Of a stretch of DNA of 64,000 nucleotides, positions 1 to 9,119 are shown one piece after another. Made by a program: the position numbers and the translations under genes. The stretch is from an uncultured virus (IMG/VR IMGVR_UViG_3300045115_000228) (lineage: Duplodnaviria > Heunggongvirae > Uroviricota > Caudoviricetes). The DNA is taken from the IMG/VR virus record IMGVR_UViG_3300045115_000228, one strand, 5' to 3'. The notes under the pieces were generated by a model. The model was not told the origin of the DNA. It saw only the letters and a program-made list of their open reading frames with translations, and ran no database searches. Numbering within the stretch: position 1 is the first letter of the stretch; every line of letters starts with the position of its first letter.

Positions 1-632
1 ACCCGACTGACGTCGTACCTCAACGTGGCGGTCGTCGGGATGCTGGACGCTCTGGTCGCGCCGCGCGTCATCCCAGCTCGCATATGCTTGGCGACATACG
101 GAAACGACGCTTTGTGCGCCGACAGGACGAACTGCTGAACGGCAGACAGTTCGCGGATCGCGTTGCTCGGATCGATTATTGGCGGCGCAAGGTATCCCGG
201 GATCGCCGCCTTGAGTTCTTTGGACGCGTCAATGACGGCCTTTATCCTCGCAACCTCCACCCCGGCATATCCGACGAGCGTCTTGGTGGCGGGATTCTCG
301 GAGCATTGCGTCGCTATCAGGATGGACAGGACGTTTATGCGCAGCCTAGAGCCAATCTCCTTTGGTGCATCCTTCACCTGGCTGTTCATTAATTCGACTC
401 CGATCTCCTTGTTCCATCTTGAGCCTGCGTCGGAGGCGGAGTCCGGATTTGACGGGTCGAACGAGGCTGGCCTCGCGCCACGCGAGATCATTCCGAGCAA
501 CGCCAGGATGACTTCGCTGTCCTTGCTGTTGGCAAGGCTGGTCAGCCTCTCGATGACGAAGTCCAGGTGCGGGAGTTCGCCAACGTCGCCGGGAGCGGCG
601 CCGGAGCCTTGGGCGATTCTGGTTATCCTCAT
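1..632 (-). CDS. Hypothetical protein, runs off the window edge; N-terminus MRITRIAQ
   Basis: Manual translation from ATG at 632 (MRITRIAQGSGAAPGDVGELPHLDF...) stays open to position 1. Not in the ORF track because it is truncated. Preceded by the AGG-N19-GAAT motif. Confidence 0.8.
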   Translation of the reverse strand, partial: MRITRIAQGSGAAPGDVGELPHLDFVIERLTSLANSKDSEVILALLGMISRGARPASFDPSNPDSASDAGSRWNKEIGVELMNSQVKDAPKEIGSRLRINVLSILIATQCSENPATKTLVGYAGVEVARIKAVIDASKELKAAIPGYLAPPIIDPSNAIRELSAVQQFVLSAHKASFPYVAKHMRAGMTRGATRASSIPTTATLRYDVSR

Positions 633-672
633 CGTGCCCCTCTGGGTTGGACGGGAAGCGTACCCCACTCTC

Positions 673-698
673 ATTCGATGGGACGGGGAGCCTTCCCT
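673..698 (-). promoter_or_regulatory. AGG-N19-GAAT putative late/phage-sigma promoter
   Basis: Minus strand AGG gaaggctccccgtcccatc GAAT upstream of ATG 632; same spacing as at ~15 other sites. Confidence 0.65.
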
Positions 699-719
699 GT
701 CTGGGCGGGGCTGGCCTGG

Positions 720-1124
720 CTACATGATCTGGCCGACGGCGGGGACGAGCCTGTTCACGAGGGCCCTCGCCACCTCGACGCGCAGCCTGCCGATGTTCTC
801 GGCGTTGAGCTCGATGGGCTTCCCGGGGACGGGCTTCCCGTCGGCGTCCTTGCCGTCGGGTTCCTTGGCGTCCCACGACCTCGCGAGGAAGTACAGGAGG
901 TTGTTCTGCAGCACCATCAGGTTGAGCGACTGTCCGCCGGACTGGTCGGTCACCGTGCTGGTCGCCACGAGCCTCTGCGAGATCGAGAAGTCCGGGCGCC
1001 TGAACTCCACGTTGAGCGTCGTGGTCTTGTCGGTCGGCTCTTCCAAGACGACGACGTTGCCCTTGTCTTCCTCGTAGTGGACAGCGATCCTGATCGCGTC
1101 GCTCTCTTCGACGAATATGCTCAT
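720..1124 (-). CDS. Tail assembly chaperone-like protein (paralog of 1366..1776)
   Basis: 134 aa; SWDAKEPDGKDADGKPVPGKPIELNAENIGRL resembles GWDAKGKDGKPIPVSDDNVLKL of the upstream chaperone; ATGA overlap. Confidence 0.55.
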   Translation of the reverse strand: MSIFVEESDAIRIAVHYEEDKGNVVVLEEPTDKTTTLNVEFRRPDFSISQRLVATSTVTDQSGGQSLNLMVLQNNLLYFLARSWDAKEPDGKDADGKPVPGKPIELNAENIGRLRVEVARALVNRLVPAVGQIM

Positions 1125-1776
1125 TTTGCCTTCCCCTTCCTGTTCTTGCCTAGCCTCTTCGCCTCGACCTCATCGGCAGGGCCCTTGCTCTGGTCCCTCT
1201 GCTCCATCGCCACGAAGATCCTCTGCAGCCTGCCCAGCGGGATGTCGTCTATCTGGTTGGGCGTCCAGTGGAACCTCTCCATCAGCCCTATCTCGACCAA
1301 CTCCGGGGGCGCCTCCGCCGACATGTTGCCCTGCGCCCGGGACATGTAGTAGCGGTGGACCCCCGTCAGGAGTTTTTTCTTTCCTCGTCCCCCATGATGG
1401 TGGCCTGGTCGAACTCGCTCAGGAGCGTCTCGGCGACCTGCGGCGCCAGCTTGAGCACGTTGTCGTCGCTCACCGGGATCGGCTTGCCGTCCTTGCCCTT
1501 GGCGTCCCACCCGACGAGGACCGTGCAGAGCTTCCGCTCCTTGTAGGTCACCCAGTCCAGGTCACTGCCCATCCCCGGGCGGGTCACGGTGGCCGCCCTC
1601 TGGATCTCGTTGTGCTGGCGCCACGTCAGGGGGCGCATCGTGAAGCAGACCTTCTCGAACGCCGCCCTGTCCTTCTCCGCCACGTCCTCGATCCTCTGCT
1701 CGACCCTGACGGCCCCGTTCCTGAACTTCCTGACGTGCAGCTCGACCTTGATCTCGCCGTCCTTCTCGATGAACAT
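1121..1776 (-). CDS. Tail assembly chaperone GT form, made by a -1 frameshift
   Basis: In-frame slippery A AAA AAC at 1378..1372, two codons before the TGA. The -1 frame continues KLLTGVHRYY...ERFHWTPNQIDDIPL, a typical gpT-like C-terminus. Confidence 0.8.
1366..1776 (-). CDS. Tail assembly chaperone G form
   Basis: 136 aa directly downstream of the tail tube gene; ends at the slippery site. Confidence 0.8.
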   Translation of the reverse strand: MFIEKDGEIKVELHVRKFRNGAVRVEQRIEDVAEKDRAAFEKVCFTMRPLTWRQHNEIQRAATVTRPGMGSDLDWVTYKERKLCTVLVGWDAKGKDGKPIPVSDDNVLKLAPQVAETLLSEFDQATIMGDEERKNS

Positions 1777-1811
1777 GCTGAACCTCCAGTGGCCACAGTG
1801 GCCTTGCCGCC

Positions 1812-1817
1812 ATTATA
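1812..1817 (-). promoter_or_regulatory. Sigma70-like -10 (TATAAT)
   Basis: Perfect TATAAT in GC-rich intergenic DNA upstream of the GGAGG RBS and ATG 1776. Confidence 0.55.
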
Positions 1818-1905
1818 CAACGGGAAGTGGGTGCTGGATCATGGCGTGACGAAGTGGCCGCGAGGGCGGTCACCTGGCGTGCCTGTCTCTTGCCGGAGCC
1901 GGCTG

Positions 1906-2790
1906 CTACAGCGTGGCGTCGTTCGGCTCGCAGACCGCCGTGAAGTTCAGGGTGTAGATCGCCGGGCCGGTCTGCCCCGAACCTTCGGGCCTGCTGAACA
2001 CGGCCTTGAAGTCCACGTCGATGATGTTGCCGCCGTCGCCGACGACCGCGAAGGTCACCGTCTTCGCCGAGGAGTCATAGTCGTATGCCGCCCAGTGGTC
2101 GGCGCCTATGCCGATCGCGAGGAGGTCGTGGATCGGGACCTGCGCGTACGCCGAGATCGATCCCGTGATCTCCCTGACGCCGCAGGGCAGGTCGACCGGA
2201 TAGAGGCCGTCCGTCTCGTTGACCTCGCCCTGGATGGCGAAGAGCTTCTGCACGTTGTTGTTGAGCGTGAGGTTGATGGACTGGAGGTTGTCCAGCTTGC
2301 CGGCGGCGTCGGATATGCCGAACACGCAGCGGTCCCACGTCATCAGCTTGGCGCAGGGCTCCATCTCCGTCGCGTTCCCGACGGTTGCGTTGGTCTGGCT
2401 CCTGCCGGCGAAGTCCGCCGTGAAGGTGATGACCTCGCCTGCCGTCGCGGAGATCTGCAGGCTGTTGATCACGCACTCCGGGAACGACCATCCGCCTCCC
2501 CTGTAGAAGAAGATTTCGATCGCCACCGTGTCTTCGAGGTGGTCGAGGTCGTCCGTCCTGTTGAAGGCCTTCGTCCAGAGGCTCGTGGCGTTCTCGTGGA
2601 GCGGCCCGGTCACGTTGCCGGTCGGGTCGACCTTGCCGTACACCCAGCCGCGCCTGATGACGCTTCCGGCGACCGCGTCGGGCGCCTCGACCGCCTGCGT
2701 CGGGTTGAGGGACGACCCCGTCATGAAGAAGGACACGCCGTCGATCGTGACGCTTCCGACGTACCCCATGTGAGCTGTCATCGTTGCCAT
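1906..2790 (-). CDS. Putative major tail tube protein
   Basis: 294 aa, beta-rich (CVINSLQISATAGEVITFTADF; INLTLNNN; REITGSISAY); lies upstream of the chaperones. Confidence 0.7.
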   Translation of the reverse strand: MATMTAHMGYVGSVTIDGVSFFMTGSSLNPTQAVEAPDAVAGSVIRRGWVYGKVDPTGNVTGPLHENATSLWTKAFNRTDDLDHLEDTVAIEIFFYRGGGWSFPECVINSLQISATAGEVITFTADFAGRSQTNATVGNATEMEPCAKLMTWDRCVFGISDAAGKLDNLQSINLTLNNNVQKLFAIQGEVNETDGLYPVDLPCGVREITGSISAYAQVPIHDLLAIGIGADHWAAYDYDSSAKTVTFAVVGDGGNIIDVDFKAVFSRPEGSGQTGPAIYTLNFTAVCEPNDATL

Positions 2791-2801
2791 TGGTCGCCTC
2801 C

Positions 2802-3134
2802 TTATGCGAAAGCCATTTCCGTCTCGGGCTGCCCGTCGACCCCCTCCACCATCTGGGCAACGTAGTCATCGATGGCTTCCGTCAGGCTCGCGTACTGACC
2901 GCCCGACAGCGGATCGCCGTGCCTGTCGTTCGTCCCGCCCCCCGCGCCGTCGCTCAAGGTCTTGATGTCGACCTTCGCGATGGACTCGCCGGCCACCGTC
3001 TTGGCCGACGTCGACAGCGTCACGAAGTACTCCATCTCTCCGAGGAAGTCCTGGACGACCATGGCGGCCTCCATAGCCACCGTGATCGACTTCGTGTTGC
3101 CTGTTGCCGGGTCGATGATCGTTATGGTTGCCAT
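2802..3134 (-). CDS. Hypothetical virion-module protein
   Basis: 110 aa, GAGG RBS, phage codon usage. Confidence 0.75.
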   Translation of the reverse strand: MATITIIDPATGNTKSITVAMEAAMVVQDFLGEMEYFVTLSTSAKTVAGESIAKVDIKTLSDGAGGGTNDRHGDPLSGGQYASLTEAIDDYVAQMVEGVDGQPETEMAFA

Positions 3135-3153
3135 GGCTTACCTCGCTTCATTC

Positions 3154-3179
3154 ATTCGACGGGGCCTTGCCCTTTTCCT
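3154..3179 (-). promoter_or_regulatory. AGG-N19-GAAT promoter motif
   Basis: Exact spacing; upstream of the 3134/tail tube operon. Confidence 0.65.
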
Positions 3180-3223
3180 TCTCCCTGTTCTTCCGCGGCG
3201 GGCGCCTCGATTCCTGCCCCATA

Positions 3224-3249
3224 ATTCGCGTCCCATCCTCCGTTCCCCT
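3224..3249 (-). promoter_or_regulatory. AGG-N19-GAAT promoter motif (tandem with 3154..3179)
   Basis: Exact spacing; overlaps the upstream stop codon. Confidence 0.55.
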
Positions 3250-4480
3250 ACGCCTGCCTTCCCACGCCAGGCTGCGGGAACTGGAACGCCTCCGCCTCCT
3301 TGCCGAACCACGACAGCCTCGCCGCCTTCATGAACACCGAGCCCTTCTGGACCATCCCGTACTCGACGTTCTCGACCCGGCTGTCGTATGTGTATCTCTT
3401 CTTCTTCCGGATGGCCGCCTTGTCCTGCACGAGGAAGTCGCGCGTCAGGGGCCTGTCCAGCCGCACCCAGCACCCGGGCTCCGCCTCCGTGGTCGCCGTC
3501 GACTGCGACGACAGGGACGAGGACTCCGACGTCGCCGAGCTGGAGTCCGGCAGGGTGATCGACGCGGACGACCACGACGACGACGAGCTGGGCGACGACG
3601 AGGAGGACGACCCGGACGCCGACGACAGGCTGGACGGGCTGGAGGACGACGACGTCGATGACAGGCCCACGGCAGAGGACGAGGGGCTGGACGTCGACGA
3701 GGACGACTCGTCCCCCTCGTCCACGATCCTCAGGAGCTGGTTGGCCCCCCAGTTGTCCTGCACCTCGACGTCGAGGCACTCCATGTCGGGCTGCCAGTCC
3801 GCCGCCACGTCGCAGTCGACGTACACGCCGCTGTCGCCCTCCCTGGCGTCCCTGACCAGCCTCGCCTCGGCGATGGAGATGTCGAGGTGGATGTTCCCCA
3901 TGAGCGTCTTGGTGATGGCGTCGGCGTACGCGTTGCAGACGCGCATCGCGTACTCCTCCTCGTCGCCGAGCCCGCCGCACTTGACGTAGACGAGGATGGC
4001 GAGCCTGATGTCGTGGCCGAGCAGGCGCACGGCGAGCCACTCCTGGCTGTGGCTCTCCGGCTCGACGCAGATGGCGACCCCCTCCGAGCTGATGACCTGG
4101 CGGTCGCCGTACAGGACGTCCTTCTCGTAGAGGATCGCCTTCTTGATGGTCTTCTGGAGGCGGCCGTTGTCGGCGACGAGGAAGTCCTTCTGGAGCGGCT
4201 CGGCGATCCGCAGCGTGCCCGTCCCCTCGAAGTCCGAGGAGACCCTGTGGAACTCGACGCCGACCAGCTCGCCGCTCGTGTCCGTGCGCGAGGAGTTGTT
4301 GTCCATCAGCAGGACGTGGTCGAACTTGCGGAAGCGCCTGGAGTTGTCCACGCTGAGGACCGTGTCCCCCACGTGCGCGTCCTGGGTCAGCCAGGTGTTG
4401 GCGACGAGGTTGACCCTCAGCAGGTCGATCATCCCGTCGACCACCGGCTCGACCGCAGCCATCTCTACGTCGTAGGCCAT
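3248..4480 (-). CDS. Putative tail terminator/head-tail completion protein with a Ser-rich insert
   Basis: 410 aa between the adaptor and tail tube genes; ~65-residue Ser-rich tract. Confidence 0.55.
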   Translation of the reverse strand: MAYDVEMAAVEPVVDGMIDLLRVNLVANTWLTQDAHVGDTVLSVDNSRRFRKFDHVLLMDNNSSRTDTSGELVGVEFHRVSSDFEGTGTLRIAEPLQKDFLVADNGRLQKTIKKAILYEKDVLYGDRQVISSEGVAICVEPESHSQEWLAVRLLGHDIRLAILVYVKCGGLGDEEEYAMRVCNAYADAITKTLMGNIHLDISIAEARLVRDAREGDSGVYVDCDVAADWQPDMECLDVEVQDNWGANQLLRIVDEGDESSSSTSSPSSSAVGLSSTSSSSSPSSLSSASGSSSSSSPSSSSSWSSASITLPDSSSATSESSSLSSQSTATTEAEPGCWVRLDRPLTRDFLVQDKAAIRKKKRYTYDSRVENVEYGMVQKGSVFMKAARLSWFGKEAEAFQFPQPGVGRQA

Positions 4481-4484
4481 CCCG

Positions 4485-4700
4485 TCACCCCAGGATCCCG
4501 GACACGTTGTCCATCAGTTGCCTCTCCTCGCGGGCCTTCCAGTCGCCCGCGAGCCTGTTCGCCTCCGCGGCGTCCCTGCCGAGCTGCGGGTGGACGATCA
4601 CCGTCCTCCTCCATCCCCCGCCGGCCGACAGTTGCTTGAGGCTCCGGTGGGCCTCCTCCGCCCACCTCGCCAGCTCCTCGAATGGGTTGTCGCCGCTCAC
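4485..4700 (-). CDS. Hypothetical protein
   Basis: 71 aa tightly packed between its neighbours; GGAGG RBS before a GTG start. Confidence 0.6.
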   Translation of the reverse strand: MSGDNPFEELARWAEEAHRSLKQLSAGGGWRRTVIVHPQLGRDAAEANRLAGDWKAREERQLMDNVSGILG

Positions 4701-4701
4701 G

Positions 4702-5415
4702 TCAGACCTCCTTGCCGCCGCCCCTCTGGACTTCGGCCGACACGCTCATGGTGTCGCGGAGCTGCGTCCTCACGAAGCGGCGCCCGACGAACTCCTGCCC
4801 GTTCAGCCGTATCGTGCCGGCCATCACCTCGTCGAGGGCGGCGGCCGCGAGCGTCCTCTGCTTCTTGCCGTACTCGCTCACGTCGGGGTTCTGCTCGGCG
4901 ACGAACTGCTTGTCGATGATGGCGGCCACCGCTATCCTGGCGCAGGCGATCGGGATGGGGTCGGGGAACGCCACGAGGCTCAGGATCGAGTTCCCGCCCC
5001 GCGTGAAGTTCCTGCCGACGGCGCGCATGAGGGCGACCTCGTTGAGGGAGTAGGCGTCCTCGGGCATGACGTCGACCTCGTTGACCTCGCTGCCGTTGTC
5101 GTCGCCCAGCCTGACGAGGCACCCGGCGCGGAACGCCCCGTTGTCGGCGACGTTGACCTTCCTGTCGCCCGCCCTGCAGTCGCTCGTCAGGTCGGCCTCG
5201 TGCGTCTTGACCCTCTTGAGGGGCACGACGTACACGGCTGACAGCCTCGCGTCGATCTCCTGCGACGCGAAGTTGATGAAGAGCTGCGCCGTCCTGACGT
5301 CGATGGTCGCCGTCGTCCCCGGGGCGTTGAGCGTCGGCGTCGTGATGTTCTGGTTGCCGATCGTGATGGGCTTCGGCAGCAGCGCCCGCATGAAGTTCAC
5401 GGTGCAATAGGACAT
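4702..5415 (-). CDS. Head-tail adaptor, Mu gp36/DUF1320-like
   Basis: MSYCT...ASQEIDARL...YVVPL...PIPIACARIAV...ALDEVMAGTIRL pattern, with an inserted beta domain. Confidence 0.7.
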   Translation of the reverse strand: MSYCTVNFMRALLPKPITIGNQNITTPTLNAPGTTATIDVRTAQLFINFASQEIDARLSAVYVVPLKRVKTHEADLTSDCRAGDRKVNVADNGAFRAGCLVRLGDDNGSEVNEVDVMPEDAYSLNEVALMRAVGRNFTRGGNSILSLVAFPDPIPIACARIAVAAIIDKQFVAEQNPDVSEYGKKQRTLAAAALDEVMAGTIRLNGQEFVGRRFVRTQLRDTMSVSAEVQRGGGKEV

Positions 5416-5416
5416 A

Positions 5417-5611
5417 CTATGCCTCCGTCTGTTGGCGTCTTGGGGTCACTCTCAAATTTGTGCCAAGCCAGTCGGACATACCGCACCACTCCCCTCTGTA
5501 TGTCCTGTCGGGACCCGACGGGATGCACCCGTCGGCGAACCAGAGTCCGAGCACGTACGCCATTTCGGGCGTCCACTTTTTGAAGAAGTCTTGGTTGACC
5601 GTGCGTCTCAT
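5417..5611 (-). pseudogene. Truncated LAGLIDADG homing endonuclease remnant
   Basis: MRRTVNQDFFKKWTPEMAYVLGLWFADGCI is a typical LAGLIDADG N-terminus, but the ORF is only 64 aa; lower GC. Confidence 0.7.
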
Positions 5612-6681
5612 GTCTTGTTTCCATCTTTCTTTTTCTGATCCGCCGCAGCCGCAAGAGCGCATCCTTGAGACACCGAGAAGAAGGGACTCTTCGACAGCCG
5701 CACGGACTTGGTCCTGAACGGCATCTCGACCCTCGCGAGCGCCTTCTCGAACCTGCCGACGAAGCCCCTAGCCATCGCCGTCCCGCCGCACAGGACGACC
5801 TCGACGGGACCCTCGAACGTGCCGCCCCGGCGCGTCATCTCCCTCGACATGGTCCTGGCGACCCTCGCGATCATCTCGTCGTAGTAGACCGACAGGGCCT
5901 CAAGGACGTTCCTCGCGGGATCGTCCTCCGCCGGCTGTCTGTCGAGGTCGAGCTGCCGCTCCTTGACGCGGATGACCTTGCCGACAGGCTCCCCCGTGAC
6001 CATGGACGCCTGCCTGTCGATGTGGTCGCCGCACCTGGTCGTGCTGAACTCCACGAGGCTCTTCCCGCGCATCGCGTAGCAACTGTTCGCCATGCCGCCG
6101 CCGAAGCTGACGCTGTAGCCGGTGTTGGGGTGCGGCTTCTCCCCATCGACCTCCATCGTCGGCCCCTCGCTGTAGACGTTGGCGAGCGCCTCGTTGACGG
6201 CCCTCGTCGAGTAGCCGAGGGACGTGAAGAACTCCCCGAGGATCGCCTGGTGGTACGCGTTGTTGGCGTCCGGGACGTCCACCGGGTTCGCCGGCACGCA
6301 GAACCGCAGGCACTCCCCGTCCGCGACCGGCTTGCCGACGGTCGCCCGTATCACGTGCAGGAGCAGGTCCTTGGACCGCTTGAGGCTGGGGTTCAGCATC
6401 CCGTCCCTCATGGGGCGGATGACCTCCCCGGCGCCCATCGCGTTGCACAGCCTGAGGGCGTCCTCGCCGACGACGTAATACTTGCCGCCCGACCTGACGA
6501 ACAGGAAGTCCCCGCCCTCGACGACCCCGGCGGAGTCCTCGGAGTCCTCCATCTCGAAGAGCATGTTCCTGTGGTGCCTGACGGAGAACGAGCCGTCTGG
6601 CATGCGCCTGGTCACGACGACGTTGGACGTGCCGACGTCGACGCCGACCCCGGGCAGTGGCTGCGCCTGTTCCTTGCTCAT
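5608..6681 (-). CDS. Actin-like ATPase (ParM/MreB/FtsA fold)
   Basis: Phosphate-1 GVDVGTSN, phosphate-2 SFGGG, adenosine VVLCGGTA, C-terminal SVSQGC. Confidence 0.8.
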   Translation of the reverse strand: MSKEQAQPLPGVGVDVGTSNVVVTRRMPDGSFSVRHHRNMLFEMEDSEDSAGVVEGGDFLFVRSGGKYYVVGEDALRLCNAMGAGEVIRPMRDGMLNPSLKRSKDLLLHVIRATVGKPVADGECLRFCVPANPVDVPDANNAYHQAILGEFFTSLGYSTRAVNEALANVYSEGPTMEVDGEKPHPNTGYSVSFGGGMANSCYAMRGKSLVEFSTTRCGDHIDRQASMVTGEPVGKVIRVKERQLDLDRQPAEDDPARNVLEALSVYYDEMIARVARTMSREMTRRGGTFEGPVEVVLCGGTAMARGFVGRFEKALARVEMPFRTKSVRLSKSPFFSVSQGCALAAAADQKKKDGNKT

Positions 6682-7004
6682 CCCGCCTCCCCTATCGCGT
6701 CTATGGCCGCATCGATGTCCGCGGACGCCACGACCTTCTCCTCCTTGCCGAGGCGCTCGAAGTTCGCCCCCTCCACCCTCACGCTCGCCGTGGCGGCCCT
6801 CGCGAGCGCCGCCATCGTCTCCCCGTCGTCCTCCCTCGCCGCGGGGCGCCCGGCCCTGCCCGCCGCCATGGCTATCCTGTCGGCGACGTCGCGCCCGGCC
6901 CTTTCGACCGCCGCCGCTATGGCGGCGCCTATGGCCTCGGCGTCGATCCCGTGCCGCGTCCCGCCGGGCGCCTGCGCTCCGCTGCCGTCCACGAAGATCG
7001 CCAC
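6678..7004 (-). CDS. Hypothetical Ala-rich protein
   Basis: GTG at 7004 after GGAGG; coupled to the actin-like gene. Confidence 0.65.
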   Translation of the reverse strand: MAIFVDGSGAQAPGGTRHGIDAEAIGAAIAAAVERAGRDVADRIAMAAGRAGRPAAREDDGETMAALARAATASVRVEGANFERLGKEEKVVASADIDAAIDAIGEAG

Positions 7005-7006
7005 GG

Positions 7007-7207
7007 CTACCTCCCTACGACGATCCTGGGGAGCGGATCGGTCTTCCTGCGCTGGGCGAAGCTGAACCGGTTGTTCTTGCGGCAGTCCCTGTTGCGGCAG
7101 ACGAACCTGATCTCCTCGTCGAAGGCGTCGAACTCGACGGCGAGGTCGGGATCCTGGTCGCTGATGAACGTGTGGCCGCAGTGCTTGCACTTGCAGACGA
7201 TTTGCAT
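7007..7207 (-). CDS. Small zinc-ribbon protein
   Basis: CKHC...CRNRDC; ATG 8 nt after the AGG-N19-GAAT motif. Confidence 0.7.
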   Translation of the reverse strand: MQIVCKCKHCGHTFISDQDPDLAVEFDAFDEEIRFVCRNRDCRKNNRFSFAQRRKTDPLPRIVVGR

Positions 7208-7213
7208 GTCTGG

Positions 7214-7432
7214 TTATTCGATGGGAAGGAGGGGCAACCCTTGAGGGAGGCGAGGCACGGGATCGTCCGAGGACGACGACGACCCCCTGTCCCCGCCGTC
7301 GTCGACGGGGAAGGGGTACAGGCCGGCGCGCTGGGGGACGTACTGGCTGGGGCGGGATGACGAGGCGTTGAGGAGGGCGTATCGTTCGGGGGCGAAGCGC
7401 AGCCTATCCTTGTCCTCTTGCGTCCATGCCAT
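7214..7432 (-). CDS. Hypothetical protein (MAWTQEDKDRLRF...)
   Basis: 72 aa with a GAGGAG RBS; the real part of track ORF 7214..8398. Confidence 0.6.
   Translation of the reverse strand: MAWTQEDKDRLRFAPERYALLNASSSRPSQYVPQRAGLYPFPVDDGGDRGSSSSSDDPVPRLPQGLPLLPIE
7216..7241 (-). promoter_or_regulatory. AGG-N19-GAAT promoter motif (likely leaderless mRNA)
   Basis: Exact spacing; ATG 7207 lies 8 nt downstream, no SD. Confidence 0.65.
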
Positions 7433-7434
7433 CT

Positions 7435-8145
7435 CTACTCCTCGCCAGCCGGGGGAAGGCCGTCGCGCATGACGGCATGGAACTCCTCGGCGGTGGCGTC
7501 CATTGGCAGCCCCCTGTACCCGATGGCGTCCTGCGCCCTTGAAGCCACCTCGATGGTCATGGGTTCCCTGATTCCCTTGCCGGCCAGGAACCCGACGGGG
7601 AAGCGCCTGACGATCCTGATGTCGCCGTCGTACCCCTCCTTGCCGCCCATCGTCAGGTGCGGCCGTCTGGTCAGCACGAACTCGTAGACCGGGGTCTTGC
7701 CGAAGCGCAGCAGGAGAACCCTGCTCGGCCCGATCCTCGCCTCGGTCTTGACGACGTTCCAGTCGGGGTGCAGGCGTCTGCTGTAGTCGTCGGACGGGAT
7801 CTCGGACGCCGACCTTTCGAGCCAGTTCTCGCCCAGCACGGGAGCGAGTCGCGGGGGGATCCCCTTGTCGATGCGGTGCCTGATCGCGAAGTCGGTCGTG
7901 CGCGAGTTCTTGGAGTTGCCGATGTCGAAGATGAGGCGCTCGACCCTCGTGGACAGTTCGACGAGGTCGGAGTGGCCCATCGAGGCGATCCTCTCGGGGG
8001 ACGGAAGGGCCCTGATCCTCGAAGAGAGGTCGACGAGCCGGTTCGGGTCGACGCCGGCGAGCGACGCCATCCTCAAGGAGTGGCAGATGACCCTGACCTT
8101 GTCCCTGTAGGGCTGGTTCACCGTTGCCCCCCGCGGCGACGTCAT
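7435..8145 (-). CDS. Hypothetical protein
   Basis: 236 aa, ATGA overlap, phage codon usage. Confidence 0.7.
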   Translation of the reverse strand: MTSPRGATVNQPYRDKVRVICHSLRMASLAGVDPNRLVDLSSRIRALPSPERIASMGHSDLVELSTRVERLIFDIGNSKNSRTTDFAIRHRIDKGIPPRLAPVLGENWLERSASEIPSDDYSRRLHPDWNVVKTEARIGPSRVLLLRFGKTPVYEFVLTRRPHLTMGGKEGYDGDIRIVRRFPVGFLAGKGIREPMTIEVASRAQDAIGYRGLPMDATAEEFHAVMRDGLPPAGEE

Positions 8146-8534
8146 TGCGCCGGCTTCGCCTTGTCGCCCGGGAGCGGCTCCCTTCCCGACAGTTGCCCCG
8201 CCGTCGGGACGCCCGCCTGTGCCGGCTGCTGGCCGGCAGGCTGCGCGGGCTGGACGTTCCCCATGATCTGCGCGACGACCTTGTCCGCCTCGGCCTTGAC
8301 GTGCTGCATGCAGGCGGATATGCCCTGCTTGATGGCGTCGTAGCCGGTCCCGTCGAGAGCGTCGAGCGCCTTCTGGAGGAACGACTCGGCGCTCTCAAGC
8401 GTCTTGGTCGCCTTCGCGGCGTTCTGCAGCCTGCTGGACTGCGTCTCGGCCTTGTCGCCCTTGCCCTTCCCGCTGTTCGCCGGATCGTCGGCGCTGAACA
8501 CGAAGACCGGCGTCCCGAATACCTTGCTGCTCAT
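8142..8534 (-). CDS. Hypothetical protein
   Basis: 130 aa, AAGGAG RBS. Confidence 0.75.
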   Translation of the reverse strand: MSSKVFGTPVFVFSADDPANSGKGKGDKAETQSSRLQNAAKATKTLESAESFLQKALDALDGTGYDAIKQGISACMQHVKAEADKVVAQIMGNVQPAQPAGQQPAQAGVPTAGQLSGREPLPGDKAKPAQ

Positions 8535-8568
8535 GTCGTCTCTCCTTGTGTGCTGATGTGCCGCGGTC

Positions 8569-8967
8569 TTATTGTTCCTCGCCAGCCATCGATTCGCCTT
8601 GCCTCTCCATCGCCCTTTCCAGCCACGACGCCTGCCGCCTCCATCCGCACTCCTGGCAGTAGTCGTCGTCCAGTTCCGACCCGCATTCGGCGCATGCGTT
8701 CCTTCCGGCGAGGTCGCGCCTCAGCTTCTGCTTCTCCGCCCACTGCTCGTCGGGCTTCGCCGTGACGAGGATGTCGTCCCTGTAGAAGAGGTGGGACAGC
8801 CACACCTTGTCCCGTTCCCTTGCCTGCTGGAAGCCGCGGAACTTGAGGGCGTTCTTCGCCCCCTTGGCAGTCCGCGCCATCACGTAGGCGACGTAGACGG
8901 GGGCGTGCTCCCTGTTCTCCTCCCAGAACTCGACCTTCCACAGGATTTTGGGCTGCTGCGTCGGCAT
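8569..8967 (-). CDS. Hypothetical protein with a C-terminal zinc ribbon
   Basis: CAECG...CQECG. Confidence 0.75.
   Translation of the reverse strand: MPTQQPKILWKVEFWEENREHAPVYVAYVMARTAKGAKNALKFRGFQQARERDKVWLSHLFYRDDILVTAKPDEQWAEKQKLRRDLAGRNACAECGSELDDDYCQECGWRRQASWLERAMERQGESMAGEEQ
8574..8599 (-). promoter_or_regulatory. AGG-N19-GAAC promoter motif
   Basis: Exact spacing, upstream of ATG 8534. Confidence 0.5.
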
Positions 8968-8975
8968 GGACTGTC

Positions 8976-9001
8976 ATTCGCAGGTCTCCGCCGAAAAACC
9001 T
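8976..9001 (-). promoter_or_regulatory. AGG-N19-GAAT promoter motif (leaderless)
   Basis: Exact spacing; ATG 8967 is 8 nt downstream. Confidence 0.65.
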
Positions 9002-9011
9002 TGAGGCAGGA

Positions 9012-9037
9012 AGGGAAGAGGGAGGGGCGTGGAGAAT
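9012..9037 (+). promoter_or_regulatory. AGG-N19-GAAT promoter motif (divergent)
   Basis: Exact spacing on the plus strand, upstream of the NHL gene. Confidence 0.6.
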
Positions 9038-9119
9038 AGGTGGGCGTGACCCCAATGGGCTGGGGCTGGGTGCCATAGGCACCCCGGTCGGATGAGGCTG
9101 AAAACAGGAGGAAGGCGAA

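Noticed and set aside
9038..9119. Possible tRNA or ribozyme in the NHL gene leader
   Set aside because: No cloverleaf, T-loop or hammerhead core could be matched.
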